Source of the DNA: Paramecium tetraurelia
Lineage: Eukaryota
Length of the DNA stretch: 64,000 nt
Assembly (NCBI GenBank): GCA_000165425.1
Contig: CT868008.1
Location: forward strand, 496,001 to 560,000
Reading direction: 5' to 3'
Below the pieces are notes generated by a model, which worked only from the letters and a program-made list of their open reading frames with translations, was not told the DNA's origin and did not search any database. How positions within the stretch are numbered: position 1 is the first letter of the stretch; every line of letters starts with the position of its first letter. The position numbers and the translations under genes are program-made. Of the stretch, positions 14,666-27,774 are shown in pieces.

Positions 14666-15139
14666 TCATATCTAATAATTTTGATAGTGAGTTAAATTAA
14701 GGAAAACACTTAAATCACTATCCCATCTAACTGACTTTTGACTTTTGTTAGAGCTGCCTTTCCTAGAATTGATGGATTTTAATGAGGATTTGATCGGTTA
14801 TTTTGTCATAGATATTGTGTCTGAATCAATTTTATGAGAAGGTGTTCTACTTCTGACTATCTGCTTCTACGTTCTCTCATTAACAAAACTCAAAGTTCTT
14901 CTGTTTGGCTTAATTTAAGGGATAAACTAATCTGGTTCAATCAAGTCAAGATTGATGAGTTGAAGATGAATTAGAATTGGTGAGGAGTATGATTTATCTG
15001 GAACCTCAACATTCTCCTTTTTATAAATCTCATTGAATATAACTCTATCATTTGTCTCCTTTACTGTTTGAGGTCCTGTAGATTCATCACTGATTTCTGT
15101 TGGGAGACTATCTTGTGTCGCCTAACATGCATTTCCCAT
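14666..15139 (-). CDS. Small protein (157 aa) with N-acylation signal MGNAC and a KSVRW motif
   Basis: Intronless 474-nt frame from ATG to TGA. MGNACQ N-terminus and a Ser/Lys-rich C-terminus ending in KSVRWD. Confidence 0.75.
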
Positions 15140-15159
15140 TTAAATAAATTATTTTATAG

Positions 15160-17091
15160 TCATAGTATTTTTTTCATTTTTGCATATTACTCTATCAGTG
15201 GGATTAACTCGTTTTTATTCGGTAAATCATAAATCTTAGGTTCCTTGAGATTTTTAGCGTATTCATGTATTTTCTATAATGATGATTAAATAATATTATA
15301 CTCTCTTTTAATCCTTTTCTAAAAACGTGTGTTATATATATTCGAGCCACAATACCCTTTGCCTTCTACAATAATCATCTATGACTATATTCATTGCAGG
15401 TCTAGATATGTTATTATTATGTACATGTCAATGTTAATTTATTATTTATCAAAGAAAAATTATGTTTCTTTTTACCTTCTCAGATCATAAATAATATCAG
15501 CTATGTTCTCTTTGATTAACTTCCAAAACTTATCTCTGAATTTTCTTTTCTTAGCTTTTAATAAACGAAATTTTCTTTGAATAAACATGACTATTTTTTA
15601 GTATACATTTAAAAATACCTTTGTTTAAAGTGCTTTAATGTTTATTTAGAATAGTTAGAAACAAAAGTATGCGTCCCATGAACTTGGTAACAACAAATTC
15701 TGCTTTGATTTTAGACTTATCTCTAATCATACATGCAAAACTTTAAACTACACATCTAGTTTTGAAAATGGTTCTTTCTTTTGCACTTTCTCCATATTCC
15801 TTCACATCTAACAAGGCTTTAGTTTTCATTGCCCAAACTAATAGTTTGCCTTTGGCTGCAACCTTTTATCTTCTCTTCTATTCTTACAGAGAATTCGAAA
15901 CATATTCAGTAATAAGCAGCAAACTAAAAAGTTGAAACCAGTTTTATTGGACGAATTGCATTTATAATTTTTTCAATTTGATCTATCTTTCTACTTCCCT
16001 AAAATGAAGTATTTAATCCTTAACCAGTAATTTAGATTTCTTATCTAATTTCTTATCTTCGAGCATTGATTATCTCAGAGATTTAGCCTATTTTTATTTG
16101 TGAGTTCTTTCTGATTGAACTGATAATATTTTACGCAATTTTTAGCTTCCTTGATATTAGGTTAAGGTAAGATTTTATATAATTTTGTCATTAGGAAGTT
16201 ACTTTTAGGTTGGAGAGCAATTTTAGGATATAAGGTCTAGAGACTCTGCAATTTGTTTGGGAGGTGATTTAGTGATTTGAGTGTTTCCAAACTGAAATGT
16301 TATTGAGAATTCGAAATCTACATCAGAATATATTGTTATGAAAAGATATTCTTCAGTAAAATAATGCTGATTTCTTTCAGAAAATATTTTAGCAAATCGA
16401 GAGTGAAGAATATATTCTGCGTTAAATTTAGTTGGGAATTCTGCTTTAGTTGATAAAAACATTTTTACAGCTGAACTTTATACTCTTTCTGGAATGTTGA
16501 AGAATACTTAAATTGGAGATACCTTCCCTCTTAGTTTAATACGAAAATAATAAAATTTGAATCTATTAATTCTAATTCTGTTCAAATTACCGAACTTTAA
16601 ATCTGATTACATGAGTCCATCATGCGTTTAAATTAAATTGTTTAGACTTTTTCTACTCACAAAAATTTATTGTTAACTAGCTTATGGAGTATATTCTAAT
16701 TTATCCAAATCATTGATCTATCTGTAATTCTTTTCGAATTCATTATATACTTCAACAATTTCTTCGTCTAAGTGCATTAATTTTGAACTAATATCAGCAT
16801 TGACTTGTTTCCTTCTGAATCTTGATTGAGCCGTAATGCAATCAAACGAATGCATAGAAGTGTTAGCGGATTAAGTCTAGAAATCAACATGCTAATTAAG
16901 AAGCTTATTTAATTCCTATTATTTATTAGTGATTTCCTTAATGCTTGACAATTATTTTTTTGGAGACGTTAGAAATACTGGCTACGTGTTACTATGATAG
17001 AAAATTCTCATTACTTTCTAACAGGACTGTTGAGACTGGTCTAGGTTTTAGGAGTGATAGAAACTCTGCGTTCGTTGTATTTTATAATCAT
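15160..17091 (-). CDS. Tandem family paralogue E
   Basis: Contains RFKFYYFRIKLRGKVSPI...FLSTKAEFPTKFNAE, IQRKFRLLKAKKR and C-terminal KEPKIYDLP...LIEQYA. A 23-nt intron near 17000 removes an in-frame TGA. An alternative ATG lies at 17100. Confidence 0.8.
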
Positions 17092-17096
17092 ATTAT

Positions 17097-19652
17097 TCAT
17101 ATTTTATTAATTTTTAGTTTCTGCGATTAAGCAAAATTCTTTTTTAGCAAAGATTCTAAAAATTTCACTGATTTCTACTCCACCGGTATCTTCTTCGCCT
17201 GTTATACAGATACACCTTAGACTGTTTCCGAATGTGCAATCGATTGTTTCACTTCACTGTATTATTTTTAAACATCTAAATTTTTTTCAATTAGAGCAAC
17301 TTATTCTTTAGGCTATTCTCCATTCAGATATCTTTTTAAGTTGTTTCTAAGCTTTTCTTCATCATCGGATGAAAGATTATATTTTAGATATTTTCTTATT
17401 TGATTTGCCTCATCAGTCAATTCTTCGAATGTTTTGATTCTGGTGTATTTTTGGATCTCAAGGATTTCATCCCCCTTTAGAAAAGAAAATTGAGTTTTCA
17501 GATTCTATGGGTTTTATTTTGGAGATGATTAATGGGATTCACAAGGAGAATCATCCAATTATTCAGTTTCAAATATTTGAATGACATCGTTATATGGTTT
17601 CTTAAGTTTTTCTTCTAAATTAAGAGGTTTGGATATATAATTAGCTGGTTTTTCTCTCAACTTTGTGTAAGGGGATTAGAGTATAAATACATTTTTGGCC
17701 TTCAATTTTTGATTTGCCTTATGCTTCATCTTCTCAATAATGTCAAAATTAAAAGTTGTTTGTTTTCTCTCTATCTTCGTTTTCTAATCCTTTTTAGCCT
17801 ATTGACAAGCCTCTTTGCATCTTCTGCTAATTTCATCAATCAGAGATTTCTACTGAAACTCTAAATAAGGATTAACCCACCATTGTTTATGTTGAGTGTA
17901 TTATAATAAATATTTAGTATCTGGAAACAGACCTTTAGGAACCATTTCTCCATTAAAGGATTCCTCTGGATAAGGTCTGTGAATTCCTAAAAATAAATCT
18001 ATTTAATTTTGTTTCTAAGGATCTTCAATATTATTATTATAATGTCTTTTCAATGAAGTGAACAATTCTATTCTTTTAGATTTCTAACCAATGTTTTATT
18101 TATGTGCTAATGAACTACCATATTATTATGAAACAAAGTCACCTAATTGTTCATACATCTCTCTAAATTCTTATAGGATGGATTCATTTAATAATAGCAA
18201 ATTAAATTTCAAACTACTGTGATTAATTTTAGCCAATTGAATTCCAAGTGCCATTTCACCTATCAATTATTAAAATGCATTTGTTCTATCCAGACAATCA
18301 ACACAATTAGACCTTACAACTCCATTTTAGATTTCAATAATAACATTCTCATTGCATTTAGGCTCTTTTACAAATAGAAATACTCCTGTTTTCATAATAC
18401 AATAATATGCTAATGAATAGCACTTGTTAACAAATTCTTCTTTATCCTGTTTTAATTGAGCCTTCATATCGAATCCTAAATATCCTATTTCTATTTCTGT
18501 TTGATTCTGCATTTCCTCTTTGACGGTATTGATAGCTGAAAAATATTCTTCAGCTAATACTTATTCTCTTTTATTATGCTCATTTTATTTAACCAAATTC
18601 ACCATATAAATCTGTCTGCCATACGAAGAAATCAAATCACAAATATGTTTTTTAGTTGCATATAAGTAAGGATCACTCTAATTTATTTTAATTGGCAATT
18701 TAAATAAATACATTTTTGGTTCTTGATACCAATAAACAGGAGCAGAACCTCTGATTTATATGAATGAAGAACAAGCAGGTCTTTAACATGTCGATTTGTC
18801 TAATTCAATCACAATTTGTTCTGTTTCTACAAAATTAGCAACATACCCTTATTCGTTTATACCTCTAGTTAGATAACGAGCACCAGCATGCTTTATGGAT
18901 CTTCTAGCTAATAAAGTAATACTGAAATAGTTGGCAACAGTTTTAATTGTACTTTATTCGCAATAACCATGAATAATTGGAATCACCCATCTCTTATCTT
19001 TGATGATCTTATCGAATTCTGCTAATAGATAGTGATTCCACATAAATAGATTTCGGTATTATCCAATTTGATGATATTTTTGATTCTTGTTTTGAACATC
19101 TTCAGATGAGATGATATTCTTTGATAAAGAACTCGTGACATCATAAGTATAACTACTATAGAAACCAATTTCTAGATCATAATCCTATAGTTGTTTCTTG
19201 TATCTTGAATCCTAGGGGCCATCGAATAATTCCACTATTGATCTTTCTTCAATCGTGAAAATTTTGTGTTTGCCCAACTTGGCAATCGATTTGCGTCTCT
19301 TTATGAACATTACGTAATATCCTTATAGTAATTTTATGAATCCTATTATTCCTGATACAGTGTAGAGATAGGTCAAATTGTATTTTTATAAGTACAGTTT
19401 AGCATCCTCCAGGGTCTCAAACTAACGTTCTTCTTCATGGATATATTGCTTAAGCTCCTTCTGATAAAGATCCTGTCCTTTTAGGATATTCAAATATAGA
19501 ATGCAATACTATTATGATAATGTATGATTGCCAATTAGTATGTACTTCTAAGGGATTTTATGCTATCAAATTACCTCCTTTTAATGACTTCTAAAAACCT
19601 AAATATTCTTAAACTTTATTTTCTACACATCCCAAGGGTATTCTAAATTCAT
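17097..19652 (-). CDS. FIG4: Sac-domain phosphoinositide phosphatase, FIG4/Sac3-like
   Basis: LLARRSIKHAGARYLTRGI, NFVETEQI, RGSAPVYW and catalytic RSNCVDCLDRTN. YEQLGDFVSQQYGSS and KQNQIDLFLG resemble FIG4. Confidence 0.88.
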
Positions 19653-19687
19653 TAAAATAAAATATATATAATCAAGCAATCACTAAA

Positions 19688-21533
19688 ATGAGGAAAAGAG
19701 ATTTTAAAGTCGTTGTAATTGGGGATAGTATTCATATTTTATTTAATCGTTAATCCTAGGTGGAGTTGGCAAATCTACATTCATTTCAGCTCTAATTAAT
19801 GAAAGCCTCAACAAGCTCACTCATATTGATAAGCATCAACCTATTCAATTGCCTCCAGAAATGTTCAATCATCCATAATGCAACACCACTTTGATTGATA
19901 CGAAATGCCAGCCCAACTAACTTCCAGAATAAGTCAGAATTGCAGATGTTATACTCTTAATGTACGCAATTGATGATGATGGTTCTTGGGAAAGATTAAA
20001 TAAGTTCTGGCTCAGGGAGTTGAAGGAGAAGGAGTTTAAATAGCCAATCATTGTAGTAGGTAATAAACTTGATTTGATGGGTCTGGATGAAGATAGAGAA
20101 TATTGCAGAATTTTTAAAGTCATTAAACAATTGGTAAAAGATTTCAGTGTAATACAATTATATAACATAGTAAGTTGAAATGGGAATAGAATGCTCATCA
20201 ATTAAGTTGCAGGGGGTATAAGATGTAATTAATTGTGCCTAAAGAACCTATTTGTACCCTTTGGCTCCTTTGTACAATCTAGTAAACAAATCCCTAACAG
20301 AAGGGTTTAAAAAGGCATTGACTCGTATTTTTCGGATATGTGACCGAGATGGCGATGGAAAATGGAGTGATTTTGAGTTAGAACGATTTTAAAAGAAGGT
20401 GTTTAAAAAGCATTTAGATTCAAGTGACATTGCTGGAATAAAAGATTTGATTGAGGAGGAATTGAAAGATGATTCCAATAAAAAATCGTTTATTACTTTG
20501 CAAGGTTTCATGGTATTATAAAAGCGAGGAATTGAGTTGATGAAGATACAAATCAGCTGGACAATCCTTCGTTATTTCAATTACAAAGATGATTTAACAC
20601 TTGAGGAATCTTTATTTTAGGAGGAGTATTTAAATAATTACAACACTAGATTAAAATTCGATTAAAATGCAGGCCAAACCGTTGAATTAAGTGATTTTGC
20701 TTTATAGAAACTCAAATCAATCTTTTTATTGAATGGATAAACTTTAACTTAAACTCAGTTTAATTACATATTCTATCCAGTGATGTTCTAAACCAATTTT
20801 CCACTTCTCTAATAATATCGCTCAGAATCACAACAAATCACTTTGACATAGTGGTTGGCCTTATGGAAGTATGAATGAAATCCTATAATATTTTAGTGCA
20901 TTCTCTTTTTTTAACTACAAAGATGCATACAAATTGTTGAATTACATTGGAGTGGATATCAAAATAGTTGATGCATTCAAAGAACAAAATAAAAAAGATT
21001 CTTGGTATGCTGTCTAAAAAACAATTGAGAGAAAAGTATTTCACATAGCTATTATTACTAAAAACAACAAGGTAACTAGTTATTAATGCTATTTAGAAAA
21101 TCTTAGAATAATAATTCAATAATTTATCACCTAGAATAACAACAATAAAATCTAAAACTTATGTGATCAGCATTTACGATGAATTATAAGCAGAATAATA
21201 GATTGAGATTAGTAGATTGTGCATCGTTGATTTCTTAATGATTGAAAGTTCCTGCCGTTTTTAAACAGAATAACTTATTCCCATCACCTCATTTAATGAC
21301 GAGGAAGATGTCTATGCACAAATTTCGAAAGTTGCAGAAATTATTCATACAAAGTATTATATTACACTTATCCTCTAAGTAATTTTGGATATTCTGAGCA
21401 TCAAATTTAAGAATTAAAATCAAAGAACGGTGTATCTATCATTTAAATAACCAGTGGAATTGCCCTTCTAGTGGGTTTAACAACCGCTGGATATTATTAT
21501 TTCCAATATAAGCCATTTAAGAAAAGTAAATGA
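19688..21533 (+). CDS. GEM1: Mitochondrial Rho GTPase (Miro/Gem1)
   Basis: N-terminal GDSGVGKS P-loop, GNKLDL, ECSS, LYPLAPLY and EF-hand FRICDRDGDGKWSDFEL. C-terminal tail anchor GIALLVGLTTAGYYYF followed by basic residues. Divergent from FIG4 across 35 bp. Confidence 0.9.
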
Positions 21534-21571
21534 AATTAATATTATAATATTTGATTTATTACATAGTTTAT

Positions 21572-23707
21572 TCATTTTTTTCTTATCTAGGAATCTCTTC
21601 TTTCAATCTATGAAGTTCGAGTATGCACTTAGAATTCCTTGTTCACATATTGAAGATCTTCAAGCATAAAGATCTAATGATGCAAATGAGGTTTAATTTA
21701 AATCAATTTATTCAATATTGACTATAATTCCTAAATAAAATTAATCCACTCTCCAATTTCAAGACATTTTCTTTTTCTACCTGTCTGATAAACTCGAATA
21801 TAACGATCAAATAGTGCTTATGCATATTGTATGACTTGCAATTCATTATATTGATAATTGTAAAATGAGCATAATTCTTTTACAAACTAGAACATTCCTT
21901 CTCTTTACAGATTCAATTCAATATCCACACTCTTGAAATCGTCAATCAATTTTTTGAGTTGATGTTTTCGTTTATCACTTTCATTTTACAATATGAATAC
22001 CAAAATTTAAACAATTGTCTGCTATGAATTGACAACTTTTTCTGAGTAATCCAAAAATATTTAAGCACACAATTCATTCAAATTTTAAACAACAAAATTG
22101 TACCATTAGAATTTATTTTAATTTTAAGTTTATTCTTCTTAATTGGTTTACATTAGGCTTGAATAAAAAAATCGAATTCGATCATATGTTTACAAATCAA
22201 TCTCAATATTATTGATGTCGAATTGAAATATAACTCCAAAAAATATACAAAATTATCTATTGAATTTTTCTACTTTATTTAGTTAATTTAGATCACTAAC
22301 CTCCATATTTTAGCTTATATAAGCAATGCAGTTTTGTAATTGATTCAGATTCTCATTTTTAATTAAGAAATGTATAAAACTTTCAGCATTGGTTCTCCTC
22401 TCATAAGTGCTTATTTATTCTAATCTCTATTAAGCTGGATGAGTACCAAATTGAGGTTTCACACATTCCTAATTAAACCAATCTATAAGCAATTATTAAA
22501 GACGCTTTTCATCCTATTAATTATATTCATAATTTAAATCCAAATACTACACAAAAGGATGATTGAAATATTCTGAAGCAATTATACACTGTTTGGAATT
22601 TAAGGATTTTAATTAGTATCTATTAATTAACTTCTATGCCTTATTCATTTGACTATCTTTATCCATTTTATGTTATTAGACAACAGACTTCAATGTCTAA
22701 AATAATTAATTATCTCTATTGCTAATGTTCTCTTCGATTTTATTCAATATCTTATGAGTATCTTAGAGATTGAGTTCTACATCTTTAAGACTTCCAGTGG
22801 CATGCTCTAAAGTACTCAAGGCTTCTTAATTTTATTTATAATCATTAAATTCAACTCTGGCCATATTTAGTTAATATGTTAGAATATTGATTTCTTGCTT
22901 GTGTTATTGAGTTAATTTGTTATTTAATTCAGAGACTTCCATATATTTATGATAGATCTCTTCATTCTCTTATTTTAAATGCACAACTTCTTATTATAAT
23001 TCATTTAATACTTCTTATTGAATATATTCTTGTTCTGCCTTCCCATTTTGTAATATCATTTCTATTGCAACACAAATGAGTTTCCAAGCATTCTCTGTTA
23101 GTCTTGCCAAAGTCAAATCTCTTTTGGCAATAGAAGTTAACATCATATTGACAAACTCTTGCAACTGGTGTTCTATTTCAATGGCAGTTCTTCGATGAGC
23201 CTTTTTCAAGTCTGAGCGTTCGAGATTGTTTGCATTGATATATTGATGTATTCTTTCGATAGTGTTGCTTAACATTAATAAAATCTCTTAATAGATCTCA
23301 TCCAATTAGGCTGATGATTGTTATTTATCCTGCACTATCATTCTGTTGATTTCCAAGTTCTTACGTATTTTTAGATCAATTTCAAAAAGATTCATAAGTT
23401 TTTCATGCATTCCACAGTCATCCATTTCTGTAACATGTTTAAAGAGATCAAATCTGACACTGTTTTAAGAATTATTTCTTTTTTTAATGCTTTTAACAGT
23501 CTTAATAGATTATTACGATTATTAAATCGATACTCGAGAAGGCCCTCTTAATTTCACGATCTGAAATCCCTTGAGGGGAGTATATTATTCAGTATTTGAC
23601 TAACTGCGATATTTATAGAAGTTGTTATCAGAGAATACATCAGACAGTAATTAATGTTTGTAAGTACTTTGCTAAAGAGATTTCATTGTTTTTGTACTCA
23701 TATACAT
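21572..23707 (-). CDS. Hypothetical coiled-coil protein
   Basis: Long ciliate-code frame from ATG 23707, including ORF-track fragment 23015-23275. Helical and coiled-coil composition; TGA at 21572-21574. Confidence 0.7.
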
Positions 23708-24165
23708 TTTATTTCACTTTAATAATATCATCAATTTTCTATAATACCCTCAAATTTGGAGATATTGAAAATCCAAATTGTCTTCTAACTCATCTCCTTA
23801 TAGTTTCAAATCAAAGATATCTTCCATCCATGACATAGAATTTAATTTATTTTTTAGAATCCAATTTGATTTCTAAAATTCTACTAGTTATCGAATTAAG
23901 CATATGCTTAGTTATTTCCTTTAAAGTAAAGTTAATTCATAACTTAATCAACTTGAGTTTCCAAAAAATGATTTATCCTATAGTAATTGTATATTTTAAA
24001 ATCACCATTACTTTTTAGAAAGATTTGGACTACCAACTCATCAACGACTTCAATACATTAAAACTACTTGGCTTTTACAACTTAGGATGATATAAAATTA
24101 GCAAAATATAGATTCTAATATATTACATAAAACTAAGTTTAAAAGTAAATACAGCATTAAAATTA

Positions 24166-26571
24166 ATGAAATAGAAAGAGAAAGAAGGTTCGAATGAAAA
24201 TCTTAGAGTTGTAATTAGGGTTCGTCCTCCTATGGCTAGAGAGATTAAGGATGGCAAATTCATATCGACTGTAAGGTTATGTGATCTACAATTTCAAAGG
24301 TACAAGTGGCTCCGGATAATCAATAACTTTGCATTTTCGATTATCATGCAATAGAGTTAGTGCCAGATGAGGAATTGGAGGCATTTGTATAAAACCCAGC
24401 TAATTACACCATTCATTAATTTACATTTGATTATGTATATGATTAAGAAAGCACTTAAGTGGAAGTCTACGAAACCACTGCCGCGTTGTCAGTTGATTCG
24501 ACACTTCAAGTATGAAATGAATAAGTATTCAAAAGGGATATAATTCAACGATTATTGCATATGGTTAAACAGGAACTGGCAAAACATACACAATGCACGG
24601 ATTCTCTTTCACTCCAAACTCTGATCAATTGGGTATCATCCCAAGATCACTGCATAACATCTTTACACATATACAGATGAAATCTAATTCGATGACAACA
24701 TTTATGGTGAGGGCATCATATTTATAAATTTACAATGAATCTATAAGTGATCTCCTAAGACCAGATCATTAGCAATTGAATATCAGAGAAGATAAGAAAA
24801 GAGGAGTTTTTGTTGAGAATCTATCAGAATGGGCAGTACGTTCTCCCCCAGAAATATATCAATTGATGAGACGAGGTAATGCCAAGAGAGTAACAGCAAG
24901 CACGAGAATGAACGACACATCATCGCGAAGTCATGCAGTTTTTATCATCACTGTTGAGTAAATTGAGGAAACTCCTGATGGAAAGAGAGCAAGAGTTGGA
25001 AAACTAAATTTAGTAGATTTGGCAGGCAGTGAAAGAGTTAGAGTCACTGGTGCAACTGGTATCAGATTAGAGGAGTCTAAAAAGATTAATTAATCCTTGT
25101 CTGCCTTAGGAAATGTCATTTCGGCTTTGACTGAATTAAAACAACCAAAATCGCATATTCCATATAGAGATTCTAAAATAACTAGATTATTGGAGGACTC
25201 TTTGGGAGGTAATTGTAAAACAACATTTATGGCAATGATATCACCAGCTATCGAAGCTTTTAGTGAATCTCTCTCCACTTTGAAATTTGCAAACAGAGCT
25301 AAAAATATTAGAAACACTCCTATGGTCAATTAGGATCAAGATCAAGGAGCCTTACTTAGAAAATATTAATTAGAAATCTAAAAATTAAAATAAGAGTTGG
25401 ATGAAAGAAGCAAAATGCCAATTGATTCTATGGTGGCTGAATTAGAAAAAGAACGATAAAAGGCTCTAGAAGACAAACAAGAAGTTATGAGTGCATATGA
25501 ATAAAGAAACAGAGATCTGGTTTAGGAAAGAGAAATGAGAAAACAATTGGAAGAAAAGATATCAGCCTTGAATTCACAAATGCTTGTTGGAGGGTAGAAG
25601 ATTGAAGAAACACCTTAGTTTTAAAATGCTCTTGAAAAACAGCAAAAGATCATACGACAACAATACTAGGAGAAATTGTAGGAGTTGGAAAAAGAAAGAT
25701 AGAATATAGAAGAAGATAAGGCTTAAACAGACAAATACAAATAATTATTACTAAAACAAAGAGATATAATGATTGCCTTAACTAATAGATTGAATGAAAG
25801 AGATGAGACAATTCTACAATTATAAGAGGAACTTGATGCCTATGAGAAATTGCAAAAAGAACTTGAAGATATCAACTAAACTAAGGAGTCTAGAATCCAA
25901 TAGTTGGTGGAACTTCTAAAGTAAAAGGATGTTGAAATCCCAATGAATTTAGATTTACCTGCCAATTCTATTATCAATAATGCAAAATAACAACTATTAT
26001 TAGCTGAAATGCCTTCTTCAAAAATGATTTTAGTTGCTGATCCCTCATCAAATAGTTATATTCAAACACTCCCTTAATAAGGTTCTTATCATCATTCTTC
26101 TGAAGCAGTCACTCAGTATGAACTCAAAAACTAAATTGATATCAATAAAAAACTAGAACTTGATTTAAAGATTAGCAGAATGGAGTAAGAAAGATAGAAA
26201 AAAGAGTTAGGTTCATTATAGGAACAGATTCAGAAATATGAAAATGATACCACCACTGATTAAGCTAAAAGTATCTTTATCTTCCATATTTAGAATCTGT
26301 TGATTTGATATTGAATTAACTCACCAAGCCTGCCAATGGAAACTCGCTAGCCACTGTGGCTTAAGAACTACAAAGGCTGCAAAAGATTCTTTCTGAGAAA
26401 GAAGGATCCCCTAAGAAGGCAGTTCAAAAGTTTTAACAGGAAACCTCCAATCTCAAGCAATAAGAGATTATAAACAAATTAATTATTAAACCTAGCAAAT
26501 CTAATAATTAGCTTAATCCTCCTCAATCTAAAAAATACAAATAGAAATCTGTTGAAGAGTTATGGAATTGA
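24166..26571 (+). CDS. Kinesin (N-terminal motor + coiled-coil stalk)
   Basis: [50 protein letters not shown] and [10 protein letters not shown]. Several tiny introns. Confidence 0.96.
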
Positions 26572-26597
26572 TTTTATAAATAATTTTTTTATCGTTA

Positions 26598-27745
26598 ATG
26601 GGATAAGAATAAAGTACAACTGAAAAGACATAGGAGTACAAATAATTTCTATTGCAATACTCCTAAGAAAGAGAGGCTACACATCCTTAATTTGGGCCAA
26701 TTAAATTGTTTACACACATTTAAGTATGATCAAATTTAAAATAGACTAATGAATAAGTATGTCTTAAGAAGTATTTTACTAAAAGTGACAAAGAATTATC
26801 CAACCTAGTGACTCATCTCAGATAAAGAAACGCATTTGAATAAGACAACTTGCTTAAAATACTTGCAATACATCAATAAGATTAAATAAAAATCTGTTCT
26901 GACCAGACTTCAATAGCCATAATTATTTAATATTACTAAGAAAACTTATCAAGTGAGATCAACATAAGAAGACTTAACAATAAGCCCTACAATGAGGGAC
27001 ATATTTGGATTCTTTTACAATAAATTATTGATCCATGCACATATTTATCAGAAAGAAATGTTGTTCATGGGGATATCAAACCTTCTACACTTTATTTAGA
27101 TGAGAATGGATGCATTAAAATAGCTGAATGCAGCATGCTTAAAGATGAAATCAATGGATATTAAAAAATGATACTAAGTTAGGACAAAGCGTATCTTTCT
27201 CCTATTCTGCTGAAGTAATATAAAGAATTGATCGTAACTCCTACTCATGATCCATAAAAAAGCGATATTTATGCTTTAGGACTGACTGCTTTAAGTGTAA
27301 TCTTAATGGAAGAAGTTTATGATTGCTTTGATTATATTAAAGGTATTGTTTTAACAGATAAATTGGAACAAAAATTTAATCGAATAAAGTAATTGGGGTA
27401 CTCTTAAATCTTGATTGAATTTATCAAACAGTTATTATTAAATGATGAATAGGAGAGACCTTCCTGGCAAATGCTTAAAGATTTCATTGACAAATATAGG
27501 GATAAAATTTACAACATGATACCTTTCTACTAAAACCATTTAAATAGTTCAAAGTCCCCTAGATAATCCAATCAATTTAATATATCTCCCCTGAGATAGA
27601 ACATGATTTATCTTGTATTTATAATGTTTTAAAGTAGCCACTCAATAAATTGTAGCAATAGTAGTTTTTAAGTTCTTAACAATTCAACACAAACAGATCA
27701 GAGGGAAAGCCAAAATATGTACAAATAAGTAAAGAAAATTACTGA
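26598..27745 (+). CDS. N-myristoylated protein-kinase-like protein (probable pseudokinase)
   Basis: MGQEQS start, HGDIKP, KSDIYALGL and ERPSW. The DFG position reads ECS. The 3' end is approximate. Confidence 0.8.
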
Positions 27746-27774
27746 TATATATATATAATAACAAGTATACTATT

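Noticed and set aside
23750..24160. Possible small gene between the coiled-coil gene and kinesin
   Set aside because: Several partly open frames exist on both strands, but no consistent ATG-intron-TGA model.
25090..25329. ORF-track antisense ORFs (also 7054-7284, 19917-20201, 43709-43921, 52982-53392, 58108-59629 and similar)
   Set aside because: They lie opposite well-supported genes and have the F/L/I/S-rich composition typical of reverse-strand artefacts.
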